The notes beneath the pieces are model-generated. The model searched no databases. It was not told the origin of the DNA and worked only from the letters and a program-made list of their open reading frames with translations. Both the position numbers and the translations under genes were made by a program. Positions 9,609 through 18,410 of a stretch of 34,324 nt of DNA are shown piece by piece. Location: contig JAGRIN010000001.1 of NCBI GenBank assembly GCA_020443245.1, positions 1 to 34,324 on the forward strand, read 5' to 3'. Position 1 is the stretch's first letter. Each line of letters opens with the position of its first letter. The DNA is from Pseudomonadales bacterium (GTDB lineage Bacteria > Pseudomonadota > Gammaproteobacteria > Pseudomonadales > Azotimanducaceae).

Positions 9609-10105
9609 GCTTGTTCCTCCCCTGACGACTCGACCAGGCCGCTCACGTCACGCGATCTGGCGGCGCGCTTGATTGCTGCGCGAATGCGGATGTAAGTCCC
9701 GCACCGGCAGAAGTTGCCTGCCATCGCACTGTCGATGTCCGCGTCGCTCGGCTCCCTGGTCGCTGCAAGCAGTGCGGCCGCCGACATGATCTGCCCCGAT
9801 TGGCAGTACCCGCATTGCGGTACGTCCTCGTCGATCCAGGCCTGTTGGAGCGGGTGGAGTTGATTGCCCGGGGCGAGTCCCTCGATGGTGGTGACCTCGC
9901 CGGAAACACCGGAAATGGGCAAGACGCAAGAGCGCACGGCGTGACCGTTCACGTGAACAGTGCAGGCGCCACACTGTGCGATGCCGCAGCCGTACTTTGT
10001 GCCGACGAGTCCAAGCCGGTCCCGAAGTACCCATAAGAGCGGCATGGCCGGATCGGCATCAACGGCGTGGTCGGCACCGTTTACCTTGATTGTATAATTC
10101 GCCAT
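9605..10105 (-). CDS. (2Fe-2S)-binding small subunit of Mo-hydroxylase (IorA-type)
   Basis: 166 aa from ATG 10105 ([10 protein letters not shown]), preceded by GGGGGAGA. Both cluster motifs are present: [18 protein letters not shown] and [10 protein letters not shown]...FCRCGTY. The 40-codon extension in the track (to 10225) has no RBS and runs into the divergent gene. Confidence 0.9.
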   Translation of the reverse strand: MANYTIKVNGADHAVDADPAMPLLWVLRDRLGLVGTKYGCGIAQCGACTVHVNGHAVRSCVLPISGVSGEVTTIEGLAPGNQLHPLQQAWIDEDVPQCGYCQSGQIMSAAALLAATREPSDADIDSAMAGNFCRCGTYIRIRAAIKRAARSRDVSGLVESSGEEQA

Positions 10106-10217
10106 GGTCTCCCCCGTCTGCCGCATCCGGCTTGAGTTTATGCAAAACCGGGAGCGGGAGACAACCGGAGCAGGCATCCGGGCGCTCGATGGCGCCTCGG
10201 GCGAGAGGAGGTGACAA

Positions 10218-11159
10218 GTGTTCACGATCGAGAAGGCGCAAGTGTTCCACGCAGACGATGCGCCAACGCCTTCCTGTCATGCCTCGACGATTGTCGATTG
10301 CAGGGGCGGGTTACTGGCGGCCTGGTTCGGTGGTTCGCACGAGAAGTGCCCGGACGTGGATATCTGGATCGCCCGTCAGGTCGACGGAAACTGGTCACAA
10401 CCGCAGCGGGTGGCCGACGGCGACGGTGTTGCGTGCTGGAACCCGGTACTCTCCCGCCTCAGTGACGGCACGATTCTGCTTTTCTACAAAGTTGGTCCCC
10501 AAATCAGGGATTGGAAAACCTGGCTTGTTACATCGGCAGACAATGGCGCCAGCTGGTCGACGCCGCGTTCGCTGGGAACCGGCCTCGCGGGACCGGTCAA
10601 GAACAAGCCCTGCACGCTGGCGGACGGAACGCTCTTATGCGGCACCAGTGACGAGCCGGACTGGCGCGAGTGGCAGGTCTACTTCAGCCTGTCGCGTGAC
10701 CGTGCGCAATCCTGGGAGATCGTCGGGCCGATCGCCGGCATCGAGAATTTCCAGGCGATCCAGCCCACCTTGCTTGTTCACGGCGATGACCTGCAGGCCC
10801 TGGTCCGCACGCGGGAAGGCGTGATCGCCGAAACCTGGTCGCGCGATGGTGGTCGCAGCTGGACGGCGCTGCAGGCGACGCCGCTCCCTAATCCCAACTC
10901 GGGGATCGACGCCGTCACACTCGCGGACGGTCGACACCTGCTCGTATACAACGATACGACAGAGGGGCGGTCACCGCTCAACATGGCGCTGTCCGGGGAC
11001 GGCCGGCATTGGGAGAACATCGCGGAACTCGCGCCCGATGATGGTGGAGAATATTCGTATCCGGCGGTCATCCAGGCGGACGACGGGCAGGTCCATGTTA
11101 CCTGGACAGATCGCCGCCGGACGATTGCCCATGCATGGTTTGACCCGAGGCACGTGTGA
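10218..11159 (+). CDS. BNR/Asp-box repeat sialidase-like (exo-alpha-sialidase family) protein, no signal peptide
   Basis: GAGGAGG lies 6 nt before the GTG. Asp-box repeats [18 protein letters not shown] and [10 protein letters not shown]-terminal [21 protein letters not shown] pattern seen in BNR_2-type sialidase homologues. Confidence 0.8.
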   Translation: MFTIEKAQVFHADDAPTPSCHASTIVDCRGGLLAAWFGGSHEKCPDVDIWIARQVDGNWSQPQRVADGDGVACWNPVLSRLSDGTILLFYKVGPQIRDWKTWLVTSADNGASWSTPRSLGTGLAGPVKNKPCTLADGTLLCGTSDEPDWREWQVYFSLSRDRAQSWEIVGPIAGIENFQAIQPTLLVHGDDLQALVRTREGVIAETWSRDGGRSWTALQATPLPNPNSGIDAVTLADGRHLLVYNDTTEGRSPLNMALSGDGRHWENIAELAPDDGGEYSYPAVIQADDGQVHVTWTDRRRTIAHAWFDPRHV

Positions 11160-11202
11160 CTCTGGTAGAGTTGCAGGCCTTACGCGTATGGACCATTGAG
11201 AG

Positions 11203-11601
11203 ATGAACGATACTGTAAAAGAAGTGAAGCATCCGTTTGCCGAGCTGCTTGGTTTCGAGGTGGCGAGTCGGGGAGAGGGACAATGCACGACGACGCTTGC
11301 TATCAGCCCGCACCATCTCAATCCGAATGGCGTTGTGCACGGCGCTGTGCTTTACGCGCTGGCGGATACGGGTATGGGCGGTGCGCTGACCAGCCTGCTC
11401 GCACCAGACCAGATTTGCTCGACGATCGAGATCAAGATCAATTACTTTCGCCCCGGCACGAGCGGCAGCCTCTCCTGCAAGACGCGTGTCGTCCATAAAG
11501 GCGCTCGCACCGCGGCGATGGACAGCGAGATTTTCGATAGTGAGTCACGTCTCATCGCCCGCGCGACGGGTACGTTCATGATCCTGGCGCGACCGGCCTA
11601 G
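11203..11601 (+). CDS. PaaI/YbdB-type hotdog-fold thioesterase
   Basis: 132 aa. HHLNPNGVVHGAVLYALADTGMGGAL matches the PaaI-family signature. 43 nt downstream of the BNR gene. Confidence 0.85.
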   Translation: MNDTVKEVKHPFAELLGFEVASRGEGQCTTTLAISPHHLNPNGVVHGAVLYALADTGMGGALTSLLAPDQICSTIEIKINYFRPGTSGSLSCKTRVVHKGARTAAMDSEIFDSESRLIARATGTFMILARPA

Positions 11602-12683
11602 TCGGTCTCGTCGCTTCGCGGTACGTGGTTCGCCATGCGCCGCTCCAGTTCCTTCTCGACCAGCTTGATGCGGCGCGACTTCACGGTCTGGCGCCAGTCG
11701 TCGCAACCGGTGAAGTCGATCGTCACGAGCGTTTCGGCGCAGCGACTCATGAGCCGGCTGCCGAGCATTTCATCGCCGCCGCCCAACTCGATCGTTGGCA
11801 GGTTGGTTGTCAGGAACGTTCCTGACCGTCCCAGTTCATAGCGTCGTTCGAGCAGGTGAAGCACCAGTTGCACCTGTTCGGGATCGCCCTGGGGGTGGAT
11901 ATCGTCGATAAACACGATGCGTGCCGACTCCAGGGCAGCGAGTGCCGCATGGCGTTGGGGAGAGTGCTTGCACACCTCGAAGAGTTCCTTGAAGCCGATA
12001 TAGATGAGGTCAGTCGGCTGGTAGGGATGTTGCGACAGTCTTCTTTTGAATTCGTCGATGGTTTGCCAGAACTCTTCCTCGGGCGACGCTTGTTTTTCGA
12101 TCTTCGTTCCGGCGAGCGTCAATTGGCCAACGGGTTCAGTAGCGTTTTCCTCGCTTGCACGACGCAACGTATAGGTGTCGTAGGCCTTCTCGATCGCTTC
12201 GCTCATCAGGGCGTGAACGTGTGCAAGGCGCTCGTCCAGCATCGCTTTCACGCGCCGTCCATAGGCCGACATCAGATGGGTCTTGCCACACCCTGGCGGT
12301 CCGTAGAGGTAGGCCCCCAGCGTCGGGCTGAGAGGGTCGCCACCGGAACACGCCATCGTGTCTCCGGACAGGAGCAGGTCAAAGAGACTGATCGCTTTCA
12401 GGTGTGCCGGGTGCGGATTGACGATCTCCGGTGGCGGGTTGCGCATCATGTCTCTCAACCCGGATTCATCGAGACGGTCGAGATCCATCTGGCGTGTTGC
12501 CAGCTCACAGTGCTGGTAGGCATCCGGAATCTGGCAGAACCGATGCAATCCTGCATAGACCTCGTCAATGACCTGGCGACGAAAGTCGTCCATGTCGAGG
12601 AGGCCGGCGTTGATCCGGTCGAGGATGACGGTTTTCGAATCTGTCATTGGCGGAACAATACCGTGTTGGTGAACCGGGGCCAA
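11598..12683 (-). CDS. Orphan AAA+ ATPase of the DnaC/IstB/DnaA clade (function unknown)
   Basis: Walker A GPPGCGKTH (nt 12279-12302), Walker B RIVFIDDI, sensor-1 FLTTN, box VII-like LGSRLMSR and a DnaC/IstB-like C-terminus TIDFTGCDDWRQ. The track start is TTG 12683; alternative ATG 12647 (MTDSK). Confidence 0.75.
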   Translation of the reverse strand: MAPVHQHGIVPPMTDSKTVILDRINAGLLDMDDFRRQVIDEVYAGLHRFCQIPDAYQHCELATRQMDLDRLDESGLRDMMRNPPPEIVNPHPAHLKAISLFDLLLSGDTMACSGGDPLSPTLGAYLYGPPGCGKTHLMSAYGRRVKAMLDERLAHVHALMSEAIEKAYDTYTLRRASEENATEPVGQLTLAGTKIEKQASPEEEFWQTIDEFKRRLSQHPYQPTDLIYIGFKELFEVCKHSPQRHAALAALESARIVFIDDIHPQGDPEQVQLVLHLLERRYELGRSGTFLTTNLPTIELGGGDEMLGSRLMSRCAETLVTIDFTGCDDWRQTVKSRRIKLVEKELERRMANHVPRSDETD

Positions 12684-12694
12684 GACGCCTGCGT

Positions 12695-13762
12695 TCAGTT
12701 GCTGCCTTCGCGGGTCAGCGGCAGGGCCATCCGGAACCAGTCGATGATACCGCCGGGCAGGTTGGCGACACGCTCGCGACCATCGGCTGCGAGAATCTGC
12801 GCAGCCATGGCCGAACGCTTTCCGGATTGGCAGACGGTGACGACCGGCACGTCGCGCGGCACCTCTTCGATGCGTGCCCGGAGTTCGTCGAGCGGTAGCA
12901 GGTGTGCGTCCCGCAGGTGTCCTGGTTCGCCCAGGAACTCTTGCGCGGAGCGCACATCCAGTACATAGACATCGTCAATATGTGTTGCGAGCCATTCCGG
13001 GTCGATTTCCGATACCCCGGCGAACGTTCGATTGAGCGGTGCCCAGTCGTCGGTCTCCTGAACCTCGCCCTCCGGCCTGCCGCAACGCATGTTTGCCGGC
13101 ACGGCTTCTGCAATGAGCTTCGGGTGAGGCAGCCCGAGGTTGTTCATGTAGCCGGAGAAGTCTTCCAGCCTGGCGTCCCCCCCGATACGCGGATTAAAAC
13201 GCTTCTCTTCCGCCACTGACGACACAGTCCGGCCGTTGTAGTCGTGCCCTGGATACAGCAAGCAGTCTGGCGGGAGCGTGAAGATGACGTCGTGAATGCT
13301 GTGCCACATCGCGCCAACATCCCCGGACTGGAAATCAGTCCTGCCGGCGCCTCGAACCAGCAGGCAGTCACCGGTAAAGGCACGTTTACCGTCGCCTGTG
13401 ACGAAGGTCAGGCAGCCTGCGGTGTGTCCGGGCGTCGCGTGGACCGTGATCGTCTCGTCGCCGAACGCGATGACATCTCCATCTTGCGCCTCGATATCCA
13501 CGTTCTTCGCGCCGTAGGCGCCTGACAGCACTATCTTTGCACCGAACCGTTCATGGAAGCGCCAGGCCGCCGTGACGTGGTCCGCATGAACATGGGTGTC
13601 CAGCACGTATTTGAGATCAAGGCCGAGTTCACGCACGAGCGCGGCGTCGCGGTCGAACTGGGGAAACACCGTGTCGATGATGACAGCTTCCCGTGTTCTC
13701 TCGCAGGCGAGCAGGTACGTGTAGGTTGATGAGGTAAGGTCGAAGAGCTGACGGAAGATCAC
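12695..13762 (-). CDS. Persulfide dioxygenase (ETHE1-type MBL fold) fused to a C-terminal rhodanese domain
   Basis: N-terminus IFRQLFD..SSTYTYLL, metal motif DTHVHADH, TPGHTAGC and LYPGHDY. C-terminal rhodanese domain with active-site loop VCQSGKRS. GTG start. Confidence 0.9.
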   Translation of the reverse strand: MIFRQLFDLTSSTYTYLLACERTREAVIIDTVFPQFDRDAALVRELGLDLKYVLDTHVHADHVTAAWRFHERFGAKIVLSGAYGAKNVDIEAQDGDVIAFGDETITVHATPGHTAGCLTFVTGDGKRAFTGDCLLVRGAGRTDFQSGDVGAMWHSIHDVIFTLPPDCLLYPGHDYNGRTVSSVAEEKRFNPRIGGDARLEDFSGYMNNLGLPHPKLIAEAVPANMRCGRPEGEVQETDDWAPLNRTFAGVSEIDPEWLATHIDDVYVLDVRSAQEFLGEPGHLRDAHLLPLDELRARIEEVPRDVPVVTVCQSGKRSAMAAQILAADGRERVANLPGGIIDWFRMALPLTREGSN

Positions 13763-13830
13763 GTGTTTGCCTTGCTGATTCAGTGTCCCGCGATTATCAC
13801 GCTACTTCGCCTCATGGCTTCTGATTCAGG

Positions 13831-15243
13831 TCAAGCCTGCGCAAAGATCTGTTCGGTCTCGAGTCGGGCCAGGATGTTGTCCAGCGTCCGGCTGATTGCC
13901 GTGCAGTTACGGATCATCTCGAGTCTCGGCCAGGTTGCTGCCTCGCCTTCGCCGATGAGCGACGACACCTCGTGCTCCGAGAGAATCGACAGGAGCTTCC
14001 TCGGGTCCCAGAAGCGCTGGCGCGGCAGGATGTTGATGTCGGCCGTGTAGTCCTGGGTCGCGATACTGTAGAACATCCTGGTCCAGAGATTGAGCGGGTA
14101 CAGGTCCTGGGTAAGTTGCATCGCAAAGGGGTAGGTGGCGCGCAGCCATTCGCGCGAGGCGTTCTGGTTGATTTCCCACAAGCGTCCGAAGAGGTCGTCC
14201 TGTGCCTGTGAGTCGCGAATGGCCCAGAGCGCGATGGGGTTGGTCTGGCTGGTGATGAAATGGTTGACCCCATACAGGCGGATCAGCCGTTTTGCTGGCA
14301 GGTCGTCCGTCACTGAACCGTCAACCCATTGCCTGCTTGGGACGTAGGGTTGCCGCTCCCCATGGCGGTTCTTTGCAGCGAGCGTGACGGGTGGGAAAAC
14401 GCCGGGGATCGCGCAGGAGGCCAGCACGGCTTCCCTGATATAAACGTTAGGCGACGTAATGGCATTCAGCAGGCGGGACTGCTGGTGCAATTCACGGGGC
14501 GAAACGGAGATGTTGATGCGGCGCCCGGTCAGTTCGAACGCCTCCTGGAAGGTGAGGTCCGGGATCTGGTGCTCGACGAACGCTCGCAGTTCCTTGATGC
14601 CGACACGCTCCCGACCCCGGATAGCATCGACTTCGGCCTCGGCAGCCTCGGCGAAGACTGATGTGATGGTCTGGGCCTTGAACGTTTCTGCGAGTTTCTC
14701 CGGCCTGCGCGTACCGATGGTGGCGGCGACGAGGGCGCCCGCGCTCGAACCCGATATCACGTTGGGGAGCAGATCCTGCTCGACCAGCGCCTTGATGACG
14801 CCCAGGTGGAATGGGCCCAGCGCACCAGCGCCAGACAGCATCAGCGCGGTACGTCCGAAGCAGTGGCTGGCCCGGCGGAAGAACTCCAGCTTCTCGGCGC
14901 GGGGAATCTGGCTGTCGTCGGCCCCGGCGACCTGCTCGAGTGCGCCGGCCTGCTCCTCGATGTACTCGGTGACCAGGTTCTTGGTTCCGAACTTCGCCTT
15001 GCGATACAGGCGCCCCGATCCCATGCCACCCATGTTTCCATGGATGCCCTCGTTCAGGTAGTAGAGCAATTGGTGGGGGTCGCCGGCCTCGCGAAGCTTG
15101 CGGACTTCCTCGAGCCTGCGCCGGATGGCCCGATAGTCGAACCGGCTGCTCTCGTCGACCTCTCGCCACCTGGCTGCCCCGGTTCTCTCGTCGTGCGCCA
15201 TGGCCGCCTGCTTCCACTCATCATAGCTGCGGGCATTCTCCAT
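13831..15243 (-). CDS. Patatin-like phospholipase with DUF3336-like N-terminal region
   Basis: Oxyanion motif LSGAGALGPFHLGV, nucleophile elbow GSSAGA and catalytic Asp in VDGSVTDDLP. N-terminal SYDEWKQAAMAHDERTGAARWREVDESSRFDY. Start chosen at ATG 15243 (AGGA 7-8 nt upstream); the ORF is open to 15348. Confidence 0.8.
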   Translation of the reverse strand: MENARSYDEWKQAAMAHDERTGAARWREVDESSRFDYRAIRRRLEEVRKLREAGDPHQLLYYLNEGIHGNMGGMGSGRLYRKAKFGTKNLVTEYIEEQAGALEQVAGADDSQIPRAEKLEFFRRASHCFGRTALMLSGAGALGPFHLGVIKALVEQDLLPNVISGSSAGALVAATIGTRRPEKLAETFKAQTITSVFAEAAEAEVDAIRGRERVGIKELRAFVEHQIPDLTFQEAFELTGRRINISVSPRELHQQSRLLNAITSPNVYIREAVLASCAIPGVFPPVTLAAKNRHGERQPYVPSRQWVDGSVTDDLPAKRLIRLYGVNHFITSQTNPIALWAIRDSQAQDDLFGRLWEINQNASREWLRATYPFAMQLTQDLYPLNLWTRMFYSIATQDYTADINILPRQRFWDPRKLLSILSEHEVSSLIGEGEAATWPRLEMIRNCTAISRTLDNILARLETEQIFAQA

Positions 15244-15354
15244 CCGGAGTTCCTGGCGTACGGTTTCCGATTGCGCTACTCCCATTCGGGCTACACTCAT
15301 CACGCTATTGTGTACTGCACAATTTAGCCCATTTCCCGGGCGATGCAAACTCGC

Positions 15355-15960
15355 TTAGCTGGCCTGGCCCGATCCGGTCCCCATCTTGTAGAAGGCCTCG
15401 TTGAAGTGCTCGCGGCACATGGAGACGTAGCGATCGTTGCCGCCGATTGCGACCTGGTCACCTGCGGTGACGACGAGGCCATTCTCGTCCAGGCGAAGGA
15501 CCATCGTCGCCTTGCGGCCGCAGCGGCAGATGGCCTTGATTTCCTTCAGGTTGTCGGCCCAGGCGAGGAGATACTTGCTGCCTTCGAAGGGCTCGCCCCT
15601 GAAGTCGGTTCGGATACCGAACGTGAGGACGGGCACCTTCAGTCGGTCACAGACGAGGCCGAGTTGAAATACCTGTTGGCGCGTCAGGAACTGCGCTTCG
15701 TCGACCATCACACAGTGGAAGGGTCGTTCCGCCAATGCCTTCTCGATCAGCACGAAGAGGTCCTCCGAGCGATCAAAGATCGTAGCCGGCGCAGCGAGGC
15801 CAATCCTTGACGTAATCCTGCCCGCGCCGTAGCGGTCATCGATCGCGGGGGTGAGGAGCAGGGTCTCCATCCCACGTTCCTGGTAGTTGTAACTGGACTG
15901 GAGGAGCGTGGTGGTTTTGCCCGCGTTCATGGAGGAATAATAAAAGTACAGCTTGGCCAT
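15355..15960 (-). CDS. tdk: Thymidine kinase
   Basis: 201 aa. P-loop [12 protein letters not shown], Walker [10 protein letters not shown], and Cys pairs CRCGRKAT and MCREHF of the type II TK zinc ribbon. Confidence 0.95.
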   Translation of the reverse strand: MAKLYFYYSSMNAGKTTTLLQSSYNYQERGMETLLLTPAIDDRYGAGRITSRIGLAAPATIFDRSEDLFVLIEKALAERPFHCVMVDEAQFLTRQQVFQLGLVCDRLKVPVLTFGIRTDFRGEPFEGSKYLLAWADNLKEIKAICRCGRKATMVLRLDENGLVVTAGDQVAIGGNDRYVSMCREHFNEAFYKMGTGSGQAS

Positions 15961-16009
15961 GTCGGTGCCCGGATCGTGTTTGGATAATCGGCGAAAAAGA
16001 TAGTTTACT

Positions 16010-18010
16010 ATGTCGATGGAACCCGGATTCAGTGCCTACTGGCTTGAAGCCGCTACGCTGGTGTCGTTGGCACTGGGCGCCGGCATTCTTTTGTGGCGTC
16101 GCAGGAAGCCTGGTCTTTCAGCCTATACGCGCCTGATCGAGAACCTCTCGGATGCCTGTGTCGTGATCAGCGGGGGTCGCATCGTCGCGGTGAATCCTGC
16201 GATGCAGGCACTCCTGAACCAGACCGAACTCCAACTCGTCGGTCGCGACACCTATGACGTCGTGACGAGCCTTGGTGCGGGACTGCCCGGACGTGAGGAG
16301 ATGAGGTCACGCATCTCCCGGGAAGGATCACAACGTTTTGAAGTGCCGTTCCAGCGCCGTGATGGAACTCGCGGGGTCGCCGAGCTGACGGTCAGTGAGA
16401 TCGCGGGCCACGACTTCGAGTACATCGCGTTCGTGCGCGATGTGACCGATCGCGTTGCCATACAGCAGCGACTGCGGGAACGTGACCTGCAGTTCAGCAA
16501 GGCGATGCAGACGATGGGGCTGGCTTCGTGGGTTTACGACGTCAAGACCGGCGAGCAATTCTGGTCCGATGAGATGGCGACGATCTCCGGTGCCGGCGCG
16601 GAAATCATCGGTGAACTCGACGGGCTGCCGATCCTTTCGATTATCCACCCGGAAGATCGATTCGTGGCGGCGATCATTACGAAGCACCTGAATGCAGGGG
16701 AAGATCCGCCGCCCACCAGCTTCAGGATCGTGCGGCCGGATGGCGAGATCAGGCACGTCGAGGCACATGTGGGTCGCCTCGAGGACGCGAGCGGTGAGCC
16801 GACGCATATCGTGACGCTCCTGAAGGACATCACTGACGAGGTCGACAGGGCGCAGCAGCTCCGCCATGCCCTCAAGATGGAGGCGGTCGGGCAACTCACC
16901 GGAGGCCTGGCGCACGACTTCAACAATCTCCTGCATGTCATTCTCGGCAATGCTGAGCTCGTGACCTCGAATCTCTCCGATTTCGACCGGTCCTGCCTGG
17001 AAGCGATAAGGCGCTCGGCGACCAGGGGGTCTGAATTGACGCAACGCCTGCTGGCATTTTCCAGAAAGCAGGTTCTCGCCTACCGAAGCGTTTCGGCCAA
17101 TGACAGCATCGACCAGATGATCCCCCTGCTCGAACGAACGCTCGGGGCAGGGGTTTCGATCGAGACGACGCTGGATCCGGAGCTGCCGAGATGCCACACG
17201 GATGCGGGCCAGCTGGAAAACTGCATCCTCAACCTGGCGCTCAACGCGCAGCATGCAATGCCTGAAGGTGGCACGCTCACGATCGAAACCGCGGCGGTGG
17301 ATCTCGATGATGCCTACGCGCGACGCCATGGCGAAGTCGTGCCCGGGCGATATGTCGAGATCAAGGTGACCGATACAGGGGTGGGCATGTCCCACCAGGT
17401 TGCGCAGCGCGTCTTCGAACCCTTCTTCACGACCCGGGAAGCGGGCAAGGGGTCAGGGCTCGGCCTCTCGATGGTCTTCGGATTCGTCAAACAGTGTCGT
17501 GGCCATGTCTCGATCAGCAGCCGGGAAGGCGAGGGCACGACGGTGAGGTTGTACCTGCCGGTCGACGAGAACGAGCCTGCCGCTGTCGATCCTGTGCCGG
17601 CTCACGTCGAAAGAACGTTTGAGGGCAAGGTGCTCCTGGTCGAAGACGATCAGCAGGTGCTCGAGTTGACGGCACGGCTGTTGGGCGGAATGGGTTTTGA
17701 CGTGGTCACCGCGCGTGACGCGAACAGTGCGCATCGTGTGATGCAGGACCATGAGTCGATTTCCCTCTTGGTCACCGACGTGATGCTGCCGGGCGGCGTC
17801 AACGGGCCCGCGATTGGCGAGACGTTCCGCCAGCGCTTTGCCGACAGCCCGGTGCTCTACATGTCAGGTTATACAGAGAATGCGATTGTCGATCGTGGAA
17901 TACTGGAGCAGGGCGCGATTCTGGTGAGCAAGCCCTTCCAGCGCCAGGTCCTGCAGGAGAAGATCCAGCAGGCCCTGGGCGAGAGCGAGGTCAGTCGCGG
18001 TGGGCGATGA
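16010..18010 (+). CDS. Hybrid sensor histidine kinase / response regulator (TM - PAS - PAS - HisKA - HATPase_c - REC)
   Basis: One N-terminal TM helix and two PAS-like segments. H-box [18 protein letters not shown] boxes [11 protein letters not shown] and DTGVGM...[11 protein letters not shown]. Receiver KVLLVEDD...[10 protein letters not shown]...SKPF. Confidence 0.9.
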   Translation: MSMEPGFSAYWLEAATLVSLALGAGILLWRRRKPGLSAYTRLIENLSDACVVISGGRIVAVNPAMQALLNQTELQLVGRDTYDVVTSLGAGLPGREEMRSRISREGSQRFEVPFQRRDGTRGVAELTVSEIAGHDFEYIAFVRDVTDRVAIQQRLRERDLQFSKAMQTMGLASWVYDVKTGEQFWSDEMATISGAGAEIIGELDGLPILSIIHPEDRFVAAIITKHLNAGEDPPPTSFRIVRPDGEIRHVEAHVGRLEDASGEPTHIVTLLKDITDEVDRAQQLRHALKMEAVGQLTGGLAHDFNNLLHVILGNAELVTSNLSDFDRSCLEAIRRSATRGSELTQRLLAFSRKQVLAYRSVSANDSIDQMIPLLERTLGAGVSIETTLDPELPRCHTDAGQLENCILNLALNAQHAMPEGGTLTIETAAVDLDDAYARRHGEVVPGRYVEIKVTDTGVGMSHQVAQRVFEPFFTTREAGKGSGLGLSMVFGFVKQCRGHVSISSREGEGTTVRLYLPVDENEPAAVDPVPAHVERTFEGKVLLVEDDQQVLELTARLLGGMGFDVVTARDANSAHRVMQDHESISLLVTDVMLPGGVNGPAIGETFRQRFADSPVLYMSGYTENAIVDRGILEQGAILVSKPFQRQVLQEKIQQALGESEVSRGGR

Positions 18011-18284
18011 ACCACTGCTGGATGTCACCACGGTAGGTCTTCGCGAACCGAACCAGTGACAAGCCGTTGCAGGTGACGTCTTTCATGTCGGACTTGCTGA
18101 CACCGAGTTCCTCGGCACGTTGTTCGAGCACGTACTTGGACTCGAGCGCAGCCATACAAAGCTGGCTGTAAACGTTGTCGCCGGAGGCGACGAATCTCTG
18201 GTCTCCGACGATCTTGGCGTTGTCTGCCTGGGCCCCTGCAGCAACTGACAGTGCGAAAACGAAAGCGGCAATTTTCTTCATCAC
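17991..18284 (-). CDS. Small secreted protein, probably DUF3718 family
   Basis: Signal peptide MKKIAAFVFALSVAAGAQA. Two Cys (QLCMAAL and VTCNGLSLVRFAKTY) fit my recollection of the DUF3718 pattern. The 3' end overlaps the kinase gene by 20 nt. Confidence 0.65.
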   Translation of the reverse strand: MMKKIAAFVFALSVAAGAQADNAKIVGDQRFVASGDNVYSQLCMAALESKYVLEQRAEELGVSKSDMKDVTCNGLSLVRFAKTYRGDIQQWFIAHRD

Positions 18285-18330
18285 GTTCTTCCCCTCTGGT
18301 ATCCGGTGTAGCCAAAGTGCTACCTGAAGT

Positions 18331-18410
18331 TAAGAACGAGAGTAGATAATTTAAATTGTTAATTCAATCTTTAACCAATCTTAATATTGTAATCAATTCT
18401 TTATAAAGAT
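18331..18410. promoter_or_regulatory. Extremely AT-rich intergenic island with phased CAATCTT repeats; presumed promoter/operator region of the downstream minus-strand gene
   Basis: Direct count gives 16 G/C in 80 nt (20% GC) against GC-rich flanks. CAATCTT occurs at 18365-18371 and 18376-18382 (11-bp spacing), with degenerate CAATTCTT at 18394-18401. On the minus strand, TTGAAT-N17-TACTCT is a plausible sigma70-type promoter. Confidence 0.5.

Noticed and set aside
10106-10225. N-terminal extensions of track ORFs: 9605-10225, and likewise 32362-32556 on the MoCo subunit, 19659-19745 on the PHP enzyme, 24381-24464 on the GPH carrier and 21015-21035 on the GMC enzyme.
   Set aside because: The extensions lack an RBS, have non-protein-like composition, and overlap neighbouring genes or promoters. 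Internal ATG or GTG codons with a good RBS give canonical family N-termini.
11598-11601. Convergent genes sharing a palindromic CTAG, giving a TAG stop on both strands.
   Set aside because: It is real in the sequence but a trivial result of compact convergent packing. No functional implication can be supported.
11598-12683. An IstB-like ATPase as a remnant of an IS21-family element.
   Set aside because: There is no IstA transposase ORF and no terminal inverted repeats or direct repeats that I could find. The flanks are tightly packed ordinary genes. I therefore did not call a mobile element.
13831-15348. The patatin phospholipase as a CBASS-type or other defence effector.
   Set aside because: No cyclase, sensor or other defence partner is adjacent. 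The N-terminal SYDEW...RFDY region looks like the DUF3336 extension of housekeeping patatin lipases. It is kept only as part of the low-confidence gene-string observation.
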